A stretch of 64,000 bases of DNA from Cenarchaeum sp. (lineage in GTDB: Archaea > Thermoproteota > Nitrososphaeria > Nitrososphaerales > Nitrosopumilaceae): positions 1,312,001 through 1,376,000 of the forward strand of contig OZ242221.1 of the NCBI GenBank assembly GCA_965206845.1. The letters run 5' to 3'. Below the pieces are notes generated by a model. The model was given only the letters and a program-made list of their open reading frames with translations, was not told where the DNA came from and ran no database searches. Shown in pieces: positions 10,272-20,001 of this stretch; position 1 is the first letter of the stretch, and each line of letters starts with the position of its first letter. The translations under genes and the position numbers were made by a program.

Positions 10272-10476
10272 GACACACCTGCGGCGCCCCCTGATTTAGG
10301 ATTTTCTAACTGTATGCGTGCGGTGCCGTCTGCCGTGTCGGACAGTGAGTGGATACCTGCCTGGATGCGCAGGCCCGCGCCCAGATGGGGACTGGCTTGG
10401 CTTCGTTCCCATGTGGGATTTGATCCGCATCCCGCAGGTCCGCTGCGTCGAGCGGATTCGTGTCCTAGGACACCTG

Positions 10477-12033
10477 CTAGTCGCCCCCCAGCACGCCGAT
10501 GACCTTGTTTGGGATGTCCTCGAGCCTGCTGACTGCCAGCGTTCTCTCGTAGCCCAGCCGCTTTAGGTTGTTGGCTATGGCAGTGGATCTTACGATGTCA
10601 GGACCCAGGCCGATGGCCACCATCCTTACGTCCAGAGAACGGATGGTTCTGATCATGGAGTGCACCGCACCGGGGTCTGCCGGCTCACCGTCGGTGAGCG
10701 TCAGAAAAACACGCGGCCGCTTTGACTGCAGCGTCTCGTACATCTTGTCGTAGACCTCGGCCAGGGGGGTGGAGCCGTTGGCGGCAATCTGGGTCAGCCG
10801 CTTTGCGCATATGTTATTCCACCTCTGGGTGTCGGGCTTTACCATCCAACACACCACCGCCCGATCCACGGTGCTAAACGCGTACACGGAGAACTTTACC
10901 TTCAGGTACGCCAGCACCTCGCACAGGGCCAGGGTGGCCTTCTTGTACCGGAGCTGCTCGGGCGATATGCTTGAGGAGTGGTCCAGCATGATCATGATCT
11001 CGGTCCTGATGGACTTTTTGACGTCGGTGAAGAACGGCCGGTGCCCCTCGATGTACGACTCGTCGTCAAACTCGTCTCCGGCGTCGAGGTGTTCCTCCTT
11101 CCACCCAAACCGCCAGTTCCGAAACTTTATCCTGAGGCGGCTGATCAGATCCATATCGTATATCGCGGTCTCGTCCACGCCTGTCTCCGGAGGTACCCGG
11201 ACGCCTATGGACTCGTCCCCCAGCCCGCGGTTCTCACTCCTCCTGCTCTCATCCACCAGCGACTTGTATTCGTCCATGACGTTTCCGCCCCTAATTACGG
11301 CGGCGGGATCCACCTTCCCAAAGTCGCCGTCCCTGTTGCGGGCCACCCTGGCCATGGCCTTTAGCAGCTCCTCCTGGGAGAGGGCCATGCCCGGCCTCAT
11401 CCACGGCAGGGCGACAGGAATCGTAATCAGCGAGTCTATGTCCAGAATCCTGATGATCTTCGGAACCTTCTTCTCGAGCCATGCGGTGTTGTGGCTCTTT
11501 TGTGCCGCCTCCCGGAGAGACTCCCTGGCAAAGGCCACGGCCCTTTTGACCCTCTCAAAGAGGGAGGCTGGAATCTCTCCCTTGATGTCTCCAAAGAGCA
11601 GGTGCTGGTAGAACGCCTCGACTATCCTGGCCCTTCCGTACACGCTGCTCAGCAGTGGTCTGTAATTCCACTGAAAGGAGTAGTGCAGTATCATCTCCGA
11701 GTCCATGCCCCGCCAGATCCTCCTTCCCAGCAGCTCCACCCTTCTAGTCTCCAGCGCGTTGAGGATAAAACCGTAGGCGTGATCGCTGCTAAGAATCTTC
11801 GGGCACAGCCTCAGTCGCATGGACTCGTACCACAGCGATGCCCGGAACTGCCTGTACCTCTGGAAGCTGTCCCCTGCCAGCTTCTCTGCGGGAACAAGGA
11901 CGATCCTCCGATCCCTTATCCTGGTTCTGTTCTCGCCGTTACCGGCAAACTCCAGAGTTACGTCGTCCATGCCGGACCAGCGCCTTGCAAGGAAGGTTCC
12001 TATCTCGATCAGCACGTCGCTGTTGAACTGCAT
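10477..12033 (-). CDS. vWA domain protein (NorD/CbbO/CobT-like)
   Basis: MIDAS DHSSS, GSTPL and LTDGEP motifs. Confidence 0.85.
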   Translation of the reverse strand: MQFNSDVLIEIGTFLARRWSGMDDVTLEFAGNGENRTRIRDRRIVLVPAEKLAGDSFQRYRQFRASLWYESMRLRLCPKILSSDHAYGFILNALETRRVELLGRRIWRGMDSEMILHYSFQWNYRPLLSSVYGRARIVEAFYQHLLFGDIKGEIPASLFERVKRAVAFARESLREAAQKSHNTAWLEKKVPKIIRILDIDSLITIPVALPWMRPGMALSQEELLKAMARVARNRDGDFGKVDPAAVIRGGNVMDEYKSLVDESRRSENRGLGDESIGVRVPPETGVDETAIYDMDLISRLRIKFRNWRFGWKEEHLDAGDEFDDESYIEGHRPFFTDVKKSIRTEIMIMLDHSSSISPEQLRYKKATLALCEVLAYLKVKFSVYAFSTVDRAVVCWMVKPDTQRWNNICAKRLTQIAANGSTPLAEVYDKMYETLQSKRPRVFLTLTDGEPADPGAVHSMIRTIRSLDVRMVAIGLGPDIVRSTAIANNLKRLGYERTLAVSRLEDIPNKVIGVLGGD

Positions 12034-12831
12034 CTACGCACCAAACATCGATGTGATGATGTCGCCTACCTTCTGGTACTCCACGCTTCCCCACTGCGAG
12101 TATACGTTTCCAAATACGATGCCTGCCGCCTCCAGGGGGCCCATCCCCGAGTCCAGCATCCTTCCGTAGGCGATGGTCTCGCGTATGCTGGGGGAGTAGT
12201 CCAGCTCCTCCACTGCCGCTGCCTGCCGTAGCACATTTGCCAGCTTGACTCCGTGTCTCAGCTGCCCGCCGTGATCCCCCGAGACATACTTTGCGATGAT
12301 CTGCATCTCGACATCCTCAGGTGGGTACTCTAGCCTGATCCTGATGGGAAACCTGCTTAGCAGCTGTGGCGGAAGCTCCTTGGTGCCGACATGTGTCAGC
12401 GGATTGATGGTGGCCACCACGAACCAGTCTTGTGCCGCCCTGATCGTATCTCCTGCAGACTCCTTGAGCACGATCTGCCTCCGGTCGTCCAGCGCCTCGT
12501 CCAGCCTCAGCAGCACATCGGCCTCGGCCGCGTTAAGCTCGTCTAGGTACAGCATGCCCCCGCTCCTCATGGATCTTATCAGGATGCCCTCATCAAAGCT
12601 CACAGTGCCATCGTTCAGGGTCTTGGTGCCCACCAGGTGGCTCTCCCTGGTTCTGAGGCTAAAGTTTACCGACTCGAGGTTCCGGGATTTGCCTGCCGCA
12701 AACTCCCTTACCAGCGATGTCTTGCCAGTTCCCTTGGGGCCTATGATCAGGACAAAGATGCTAGCCTCGTAGGCCCGGTTGAGTATATCTATGGAGTTGT
12801 TCCAGTCCAGGTACGAGGTTCCCTGCAGCAA
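12034..12831 (-). CDS. MoxR-family AAA+ ATPase (CbbQ/NirQ/NorQ-like)
   Basis: GPKGTGKT, LYLDELN, ATINP and LLSRF motifs. Confidence 0.9.
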   Translation of the reverse strand: MLQGTSYLDWNNSIDILNRAYEASIFVLIIGPKGTGKTSLVREFAAGKSRNLESVNFSLRTRESHLVGTKTLNDGTVSFDEGILIRSMRSGGMLYLDELNAAEADVLLRLDEALDDRRQIVLKESAGDTIRAAQDWFVVATINPLTHVGTKELPPQLLSRFPIRIRLEYPPEDVEMQIIAKYVSGDHGGQLRHGVKLANVLRQAAAVEELDYSPSIRETIAYGRMLDSGMGPLEAAGIVFGNVYSQWGSVEYQKVGDIITSMFGA

Positions 12832-12864
12832 TATGTCTCATGATTGCGTGTTTGCAAATAAATC

Positions 12865-14319
12865 TTAGTTTTGGTATTGGGCCAGCTTTGTGTTTGACTC
12901 GTCTAGGATCTTGTGTAGTGTGTCCCTCCAGACCTCAAATCCCTGGGGGGAGTCGGGGTAGTTGTAGTAGTGCTCAGTCAGCCTCCTGTTCTGGCTAGTG
13001 GTGAACCGAAGGCCGCCGGCAAGTCGCTTGTTTAGCGCTCCGCGGATTATCATTCCCAGCCTTCCCAGTGAGCTGAAGTCGGGGTGCTCGCCCTTTGAGA
13101 TCGCCTCCACGCTCAGGTTTCCAAGAAAGTGCTTCATGCCGTAGCTTAACTGCTCGTTGGAGAGCGTCTGTATGAGCCTGCGGAATATCTCAAGGCCTGC
13201 CGTCTTGTAACCGTACTCGTTGATGAACCGCTTGTTGTACCTCCACAGGCCGCTCTCTGTCACGTTGTTCTCCTGTATGGCCTCCACGACGCACTCGCCC
13301 ACTATGGTTCCCGCCACCAGCGCAGGGCCGATTCCCCCGGCGTCCAGCGGCTTTGGCATCCATGCCGAGTCACCCACCAGGATAAACCCGCCTGCGACCA
13401 TACAATCATTCTGCCTCCGGACCGAGACCTGAAAGTTTCCCACTGCGTTGTTGCTGTCCTCCGGATCCTCAGACACCCTGGGCCTCTTTATCGCGCGGTT
13501 CCTGTTTATGTACTCCTCGATGAGCGTGGATACGTTGTCCTTCCTTCCCAGCCTGGCGTTTCGCCTCTCTAGGAGCGTCTTCTCGACGCCGAGGCCGATG
13601 TTTACCTTGTCCTTTCCCTTGGGAAAGACCCAGCCATACCCTCCTGGGGCTATGTCCTGATCCAGGTGGATTATGCAGTAGTCGGGATCAAACTCGGAGA
13701 GATCGGCTTCCCCCTGCTCAAAGTACATGATCTTTCTGCCGGTGGACTCGACATCTTGGCGGTCCACCTTCCTCTCCATTCTGGTGGTGTTGGATATCTG
13801 GTTTCGCAGCATCGAGGTTACGCCGGTGGCGTCGATCACCACCTTTGCGGTTCTCTTGTATGGCTGTTTCTTGCTGTCTATGCCCCGGACTCCCACCACC
13901 TGGGAGTCGTCGTACAGCAGTCCGGTCAGGTTCACCTCATAATCAAAGTCGACTCCCATATTCAGCGTTCTCTCGTTCTGCTTCTCGGGAAGAAGCTGCC
14001 TGTTGAGCATGTATCCGTCGCCGTCAAATGGGATCGATGTCTTCCTGTCCGGAGAGAATGCCATGACGCCCTTGACCTTGTGCTCGATCTCCGGCTCGCT
14101 CCAGGACACGCCGATCCTGTCACTCATGTAGTCCACGGCCTCCTTGCTTACCGCGTCGCCGCAGATCCACCCGCTGATGCTCTTCCTTCCAGGCACGATG
14201 GCTGAGTTCCTGTCGATCACAAGAATCTTCAGTCCCTGCTTGGAGTATCTTGATACCGACTGGGCCGCCACGGTTCCGGCCAGCCCACCCCCTGCCACGA
14301 TGACGTCATAATCTGACAA
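12865..14319 (-). CDS. geranylgeranyl reductase-family FAD-dependent oxidoreductase
   Basis: YDVIVAGGGLAG, PGGYGWVFP, VGDSA and GGIGPA motifs; TTG start at 14319 inferred. Confidence 0.85.
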   Translation of the reverse strand: MSDYDVIVAGGGLAGTVAAQSVSRYSKQGLKILVIDRNSAIVPGRKSISGWICGDAVSKEAVDYMSDRIGVSWSEPEIEHKVKGVMAFSPDRKTSIPFDGDGYMLNRQLLPEKQNERTLNMGVDFDYEVNLTGLLYDDSQVVGVRGIDSKKQPYKRTAKVVIDATGVTSMLRNQISNTTRMERKVDRQDVESTGRKIMYFEQGEADLSEFDPDYCIIHLDQDIAPGGYGWVFPKGKDKVNIGLGVEKTLLERRNARLGRKDNVSTLIEEYINRNRAIKRPRVSEDPEDSNNAVGNFQVSVRRQNDCMVAGGFILVGDSAWMPKPLDAGGIGPALVAGTIVGECVVEAIQENNVTESGLWRYNKRFINEYGYKTAGLEIFRRLIQTLSNEQLSYGMKHFLGNLSVEAISKGEHPDFSSLGRLGMIIRGALNKRLAGGLRFTTSQNRRLTEHYYNYPDSPQGFEVWRDTLHKILDESNTKLAQYQN

Positions 14320-14364
14320 CAAGATACTCCGCAGCTCATAGATATTTAAAATAATGCAGTCGCG

Positions 14365-14494
14365 AACTTTGTTTCCCAATTTCGATAAACGCATCTGAGT
14401 TGCCACAAAGAGCACGATTCTCGTGTGACTTGACGCTGTTTACGGACTAAATTAATCGTAAAAGTGCGAAATGTTTGGATTGGGAAACAAAGTT
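14365..14494. mobile_element. 130-bp MITE
   Basis: Perfect 16-bp TIR AACTTTGTTTCCCAAT (14365-14380 / 14479-14494) and 8-bp TSD CAGTCGCG (14357-14364, 14495-14502). Confidence 0.88.
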
Positions 14495-14954
14495 CAGTCG
14501 CGGCGTGAGTGGGATCGCCGGGCCGGACGTGGGGACTTGTCCGGGCGTATGGGCCCGTGCCGGATTGAAGACGGATACGGCCCCGTGTATTTCTAGCGAG
14601 CTGGTTCCGGCGCTGCTGTTGTCTGCGGGCCGATCCGCGCCAGCGGCTCGTATTTTAAACTGGGTCGGATCGTCGCGGGGTCTTCAACGCTTGCGCTCAG
14701 ACTGGAACGGCTGTTATTTCCTCATTCCCGGTTATGCTTGGGGGTTCGTTCTATTTATTGCTGTGTTTGCGGCTGCGTCCTACAGGCATAACCACCTATG
14801 TTAAAACATCCGGTCATAGTCAAGCGTTGATTCCGTCTGACTTCTGATCCACGCCTAGGTTACGCGCGTACAACTTTAAAGCTATCGCTAGGAATTGGAT
14901 TGCAGAAAATGTACTGGTGCGGGCCAGCCTAGCTGGCCAGTCCGCCCCGTGCAC

Positions 14955-16034
14955 CTACTGCAGAATCTTCTTCATCCGTTTCAGCTTTCTGGCATATCTG
15001 CTTGCGTCATGGGGCTCGTATGGTTCCTTGGCAGTCAGCATCTTCCAGATGATCCTCACCATCTTGTTTGCCACGTGTGTTATGGCAATCGGGTGGTTGC
15101 CACCGTGCCTTGTCTTGGCATTTTGATAGAACCACTTTAGTCTGTCATCATGGCGCACCGCCACGTTGGCTGCTTGGATCATTATCCAGTTTACCCTTCG
15201 GTTTGACGCCTTTTTCATGCGGCCGTGGTGCGTCACGTTGCCGGACTGGCAGACTCGCGGACACATCCCGGTCCATGAGACCAGTCTGTCTGCGGTCTTG
15301 AACCTGGTGATGTCGCCAACCTCAGATACCAGCAGCATCGCGGCAAACGCCTCTATGCCAGTCATGCTCATCAGCAGTTTCGCATCCTCGTTGACTGCGG
15401 CCTGCCTGTCTATCTCTGCCTCGATGCCAGATATCTCCTCTGTGGCATGTGCAATCCTTTTGACGCAGTTTTGCAGGATCATGTTGTCATTTGGTTTCTT
15501 AAGGCGTATCTGCGAAAGCAGCCTGATGGCCTTTTTGCTGTGCATCCTTGAGACATCTGGCATCACGTCGTACTTGTCAAGCAAGCCGTGCGTGTAGTTG
15601 ATCAGGGCAGTCCTTGCCTGAACCATGCTTATCCTGTACCTGAGCAGTTCCCTGACATCGCGCAAATCCGATGGTGCCACGTAGCATTCTGGGATAATCC
15701 CCACGCGCAGCGCGTTTGCAATCTTTTGCGCGTCGATGGGATCCGTCTTGACATCGGTGTCCGATATTATCTTCATCTTGTACGTGTTGGCAAGCTTTAC
15801 CGGTATCCCGCACCCCTCGAAGGCCTCAAACGTCTTGAGCCACATGTTTCCAGTCGACTCGCACGCGGCCCTGCACCGTCCCTTCCCGCTGTATTCTTTT
15901 TTCATCCTGCGTGCAAACTCTTTTGCGTCTTCCAGCGTGTTCACGTATGATGTCCTCTCCAGCACGTTTCCCTTGCCGTCCACTACGCATACCATGCATT
16001 TTCCCTTACCAATGTCTATTCCTATGTTTCTCAT
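14955..16034 (-). CDS. IS110-family DEDD recombinase/transposase
   Basis: GIDIGK, CESTG, KTDPIDA (DEDD) and CQSG catalytic serine; GGAGGTGA RBS before ATG at 16034. Confidence 0.95.
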   Translation of the reverse strand: MRNIGIDIGKGKCMVCVVDGKGNVLERTSYVNTLEDAKEFARRMKKEYSGKGRCRAACESTGNMWLKTFEAFEGCGIPVKLANTYKMKIISDTDVKTDPIDAQKIANALRVGIIPECYVAPSDLRDVRELLRYRISMVQARTALINYTHGLLDKYDVMPDVSRMHSKKAIRLLSQIRLKKPNDNMILQNCVKRIAHATEEISGIEAEIDRQAAVNEDAKLLMSMTGIEAFAAMLLVSEVGDITRFKTADRLVSWTGMCPRVCQSGNVTHHGRMKKASNRRVNWIMIQAANVAVRHDDRLKWFYQNAKTRHGGNHPIAITHVANKMVRIIWKMLTAKEPYEPHDASRYARKLKRMKKILQ

Positions 16035-16065
16035 CCTTTCTCTCACCTCCTTGCGGATTGTTTTT

Positions 16066-16183
16066 GATGGATCGGAAGCTGCAATCACCTATCAGTGCGC
16101 GAAGCACAGGAACACAGCAGCTCGGATTGCCCCATTCAAATGAAAGTGCGCGGAGCACATGGTTATCAAGGGGTCGATCCACT
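16066..16183 (-). ncRNA. putative IS110 bridge RNA
   Basis: Outer stem enclosing two internal-loop hairpins with near-identical GUGC-U(C/U)CGC-GCAC caps, upstream of the recombinase. Confidence 0.65.
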
Positions 16184-16404
16184 GCCACGACTACGACGAG
16201 GATGTTTTTCCAAATGAATCAAATCTACAGAACCGATTCCAGTTCATATGTGCTTGTAGGACACAGTTTGTGTTTGCAGGGCGCGCATGCGGCAGGCTTC
16301 TGCTCCATTCGGGCGCAGGTCTGCGCACCCGGTCACGCCTTCGCGCTTGGCGCTACGGCAGACGATTCCTGCGTTGCTTACGTGCCCGGACTGAAGGTTC
16401 GGGC

Positions 16405-19400
16405 CTACACGGCTTTTGCGTCGCATATGCTCCGATAGTCGCACCAGTTGCAGACGCCGTAGCTGGGAGTGGGCTCAAAGTTCTCACTGAGAATCTGTGC
16501 GATCATCTCCTCGATGGACTCCATGGACGCATCGACCGACCCTTTGGTGACCGCATACTCGACAACCTTGCCTCTCTCAAGATAGAACAGCGACGCCTTT
16601 GCTGGCAGCTCGCCCTTGAGCTTCTCGACTGCCTTTGCGTAGATGTTCAGCTGCGGATCCGCCGCCGCCTTTGGCCTGCTCAATACGCTCTTTCCGGATT
16701 TAAAGTCCACCACCTCGTATCTGCCGCCGGGGTTTCTCTCCAACCTGTCAATCCTTCCGTTGAACCTGACGTCGCCAATCAGTATGCTGAAGGGAATCTC
16801 GGTGTCCACCAGCTCGTTTTCCGAGCGTTCCTCCCACTCCAGATATGCCCGTATCATGGCGTCTGCCCGATCCGTGATCCTCTTCTCACCGGCCCTGCTC
16901 TGAATGCCCGGGCTCCACATCTTTGTGAACTTCTTCATGCTGTCCTCTGGTGTGACGCCTCGGCCCTGCGATCTCGCCTTTGCGGCCTCCTCGACCACTG
17001 CATGGATCACCCTGCCAAGATTGGCAGGGATGCTTGGCGGGCGGGGGACCCGGTCGATCTTCTCGAACTTGAATTGTAGCGGACACTTCTCATACGCCTT
17101 GATGCCGCTGGCAGACAGGGTCAGCTCATCGTGGTTGAACAGCGGCCGGCTCATGTCTGCCACCTCCGCAGACAGGTCCACGTCACCCATGTCGACATCT
17201 AGTATGCTCCGGGGGTCAAAGCCGTCAAGGTTGCCGAACCGCTCGTAGTGCTGGATGCGCGACAGCTCGACGATCTTGTGGATCGCAGTCTTGAGACTCG
17301 ATTGGCCAATCGCTGTATATGCCTGCTTCTGCTTGTCTGACTTTGTGCGCTCTACCCGGCTTACGGGCTGTGCATCAAAGTCCTCCGACTCGTCAAAGTC
17401 AGTTACCTCGATCAGCGGGTTTCTCCTGTAGTCCAGCTCGACTAGGAACCGGGACGGGTCCGTGTCCCTGACGTTCTCGCCGTACCGTATTGGCTGGATC
17501 ATGTACAGTCTCTTCATGGCCCTGGTTATGGCCACGTAGAACAGCCTGCGCTCTTCCGCGTCGTGCATCTCTTTTGTGTCCTCCCTCCTGTTGTCTCCCT
17601 GCAGCAGCCCCAGGGGAATGCGGAACGGTTTCTCCCGATACCTGAGGGGAAACCGGTTCTTGGCCATGTCAGTGACAAAGACGACGGGAAACTCCTTTCC
17701 CTTGCTCTTGTGCATGGTCAGGACGTTGACGGCATCAGCAGGCGCGGCATCCTCCAGCTCGACACTCCACCCGTCCAGTGCCGAGACGGACTCGAGAAAG
17801 CCGCCAAGCGAGCGATCAGCAAAGATCTCATCGTACTCTTCTGCGATCCTGTGGATCTTGCTCAGCAGCAGGGCGCTTGTCTTGTCCTGGTGGCCTGACT
17901 GCAGCGCCCGCTTGTACAGCCCTGACTGCTTCATCATTACATGGTACACGAGATCGCTTACGGAAGAGCCAGCCGCCAGCCTGATTATGTCCTCAAGGAG
18001 GGCCACAAGCTCTGAGATCTCCTGCTTTTGTGTGATCGCGAGCTTGTCACAATCCCTTACCGTCTCCCAGACAAGGTCTCGGGACCCGTCTCCTGCACCC
18101 CTCGCCTCCTTGTGCGCCTGGCTCATCAGCACCATGATGTTCCTCTCTGTGATACCACGTTTCCTTAGCAGATCAAATATCATCATTCCGGCAGTCCCCT
18201 GGGAATGCGCAATTTTGAGGTAAGCCACGAGCTCGGCGACGGCCGGGTTGCGGCGAATGTCCGGCTCCATCTCGACGGAGGCAGGTATCCCAAAGGACTC
18301 CAGAGCCTGGGCGAACCTGCGACCCTCTTCCTTGCGCCTTGACAGGATTGCTATGTCCCGATAGCGCATGCCATCCTTGATCATCTGGCGTATGGTCTGG
18401 ACGACAAACTCCGTCTGCCCGTTCCCGGTCGGCGTGCATACCACGGCTATCTTGTCCCCATCCGGGTTCGGGTGCTGACACCCCTCTGTGTCCCGCCCGA
18501 GAACTTGGTTTGCGATGCGTATGATGTTTCCGGTGCTGCGGTAGTTTTTTACGAGTCTCACCTCCTTCAGTTCGGGATACGTCTTCTTGTACTCCTGGAA
18601 TATCCCGGAGTGCGATCCCTGAAACCCCATGATGGACTGGTCCTCGTCTCCCACCACGCCGATGTTCCTGTGGCTGGCAAGGAGCTTGGCCAGCTCCAGC
18701 TGCGCATAGTTGTTGTCCTGGAACTCGTCGATCATGACATACCGGTATCTCTCCTGGTACTTGGCCAGCAGGGCCGCATTCCCTCTGAGTACCTCGACTG
18801 TCTTGGACACCATGTCGCCAAAGTCGACTAGGTTCCTCTCGGTTCTGTACTCCTCGTAGGCCCGGTACATCTTGCCAAGCTCGCCGAGCTTGTGGATGAG
18901 CTCCGGGTTCTGCGGCTCTGGGGAGCCCAGCTGCTCGTCGACGTACCCCTGCAGTCTCTGCGGCGAGATCATCTCATCCTTGAGGCTTCTCACTGCCTCG
19001 AGCATTCCGGCGTAGATCTCCCTCGTGCTCCCTCCGATGTCTACGTACTCTGGGTTAAAGCCAAACCTGTCAGTGTTCCTGAGGCACCAGATCAGCTGCG
19101 CCCACTTCTCGAAGATTCTGGTCTCCCGGCCCACCCCGGACTCGGCAAGGTTCTCCAGCAGAATCTCCCTTGCAAACGCATGAAACGTGCTGACCTTTAC
19201 ATCGAGCTTGCCGCGCTCCTCCAGCCTCTCCTGCATCTCGCCTGTGGCCTTGTTGGTAAATGTGAGGCAGAGAATGGACGACTGCGCAACGCCAGCCTCT
19301 ATCAGGCTGAGTGCCCTGCTGACGATCACGCGGGTCTTGCCGCTTCCGGGGCCTGCGATGATCATCAGCGGCCCCTGTCTGTGGTCTGCTGCCTGCTGCT

Positions 19401-19425
19401 GCTCTGGGTTCAGGCCGTCACTCAA
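16405..19425 (-). CDS. UvrD/PcrA-type SF1 helicase fused to a C-terminal PD-(D/E)XK nuclease
   Basis: AGPGSGKT, IDEFQD, TMHKSKGKEF, EERRLFYVAITRA; GRIDR...VVDFKSG; CP...CNWCDYRSIC; TTG start inferred. Confidence 0.92.
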   Translation of the reverse strand: MSDGLNPEQQQAADHRQGPLMIIAGPGSGKTRVIVSRALSLIEAGVAQSSILCLTFTNKATGEMQERLEERGKLDVKVSTFHAFAREILLENLAESGVGRETRIFEKWAQLIWCLRNTDRFGFNPEYVDIGGSTREIYAGMLEAVRSLKDEMISPQRLQGYVDEQLGSPEPQNPELIHKLGELGKMYRAYEEYRTERNLVDFGDMVSKTVEVLRGNAALLAKYQERYRYVMIDEFQDNNYAQLELAKLLASHRNIGVVGDEDQSIMGFQGSHSGIFQEYKKTYPELKEVRLVKNYRSTGNIIRIANQVLGRDTEGCQHPNPDGDKIAVVCTPTGNGQTEFVVQTIRQMIKDGMRYRDIAILSRRKEEGRRFAQALESFGIPASVEMEPDIRRNPAVAELVAYLKIAHSQGTAGMMIFDLLRKRGITERNIMVLMSQAHKEARGAGDGSRDLVWETVRDCDKLAITQKQEISELVALLEDIIRLAAGSSVSDLVYHVMMKQSGLYKRALQSGHQDKTSALLLSKIHRIAEEYDEIFADRSLGGFLESVSALDGWSVELEDAAPADAVNVLTMHKSKGKEFPVVFVTDMAKNRFPLRYREKPFRIPLGLLQGDNRREDTKEMHDAEERRLFYVAITRAMKRLYMIQPIRYGENVRDTDPSRFLVELDYRRNPLIEVTDFDESEDFDAQPVSRVERTKSDKQKQAYTAIGQSSLKTAIHKIVELSRIQHYERFGNLDGFDPRSILDVDMGDVDLSAEVADMSRPLFNHDELTLSASGIKAYEKCPLQFKFEKIDRVPRPPSIPANLGRVIHAVVEEAAKARSQGRGVTPEDSMKKFTKMWSPGIQSRAGEKRITDRADAMIRAYLEWEERSENELVDTEIPFSILIGDVRFNGRIDRLERNPGGRYEVVDFKSGKSVLSRPKAAADPQLNIYAKAVEKLKGELPAKASLFYLERGKVVEYAVTKGSVDASMESIEEMIAQILSENFEPTPSYGVCNWCDYRSICDAKAV

Positions 19426-19549
19426 CGCATGCCGCCTCCGCATCCCTGCATGTGCTGGTACCTGCGCCCGAGACACGATTCCATGCCGTGGTGCCGCATG
19501 CACGGTGCACGCCTGCCGCCCATTTGAGTCCTCCCACATCCACACCGCA

Positions 19550-19984
19550 TCATCCGTCCCGGCGGAGCGACTCGAGCAGCTCCCTGTAGGTGCTCTGCAG
19601 ATCTACCTTGCGGTACACCGGCGTGAATATCTTGATCCTGACGGGACTCTGCTGGAGCAGCTTCAGTCTGCCCTGGACAAACTCCTGCCTGTCAAAGCGC
19701 AGGTATATTCCGGAACCCGAGACAAAGAGATCCATGTCCTCCAGTATCTCCTGAAACTGCCCATTCTTCATGCGCCGCACCATCCTGCCGACAAACCTGC
19801 TGGCCTGCCTTCTGGCAATCTTGGCGCTCAGAACCGTGATGGGGTTCTCAAAGTGCCCGGTCTGGTGCGACACGGCAAAGTCGTCCTTGTGCAGGTCGTA
19901 TATCTCAAAGGCATCAAAGAATTTTGTGGAATCCTCTGTGGCGTGAAGTATGACATCAATGCTAACTTCCAGCCTGTTTGCCAT
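19550..19984 (-). CDS. archaeal RNA-binding protein (DUF54-like)
   Basis: HATED, GHFENPI and YLRFDRQ motifs. Confidence 0.8.
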   Translation of the reverse strand: MANRLEVSIDVILHATEDSTKFFDAFEIYDLHKDDFAVSHQTGHFENPITVLSAKIARRQASRFVGRMVRRMKNGQFQEILEDMDLFVSGSGIYLRFDRQEFVQGRLKLLQQSPVRIKIFTPVYRKVDLQSTYRELLESLRRDG

Positions 19985-20001
19985 CTTGTGACTAGGCTAT
20001 G

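Larger units (their letters stand above)
14890..16242 (-). mobile_element. IS110-family element (tentative ends)
   Basis: Imperfect subterminal IRs at 14891-14906 and 16224-16240; AG (CT on the coding strand) at both junctions. Confidence 0.55.
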
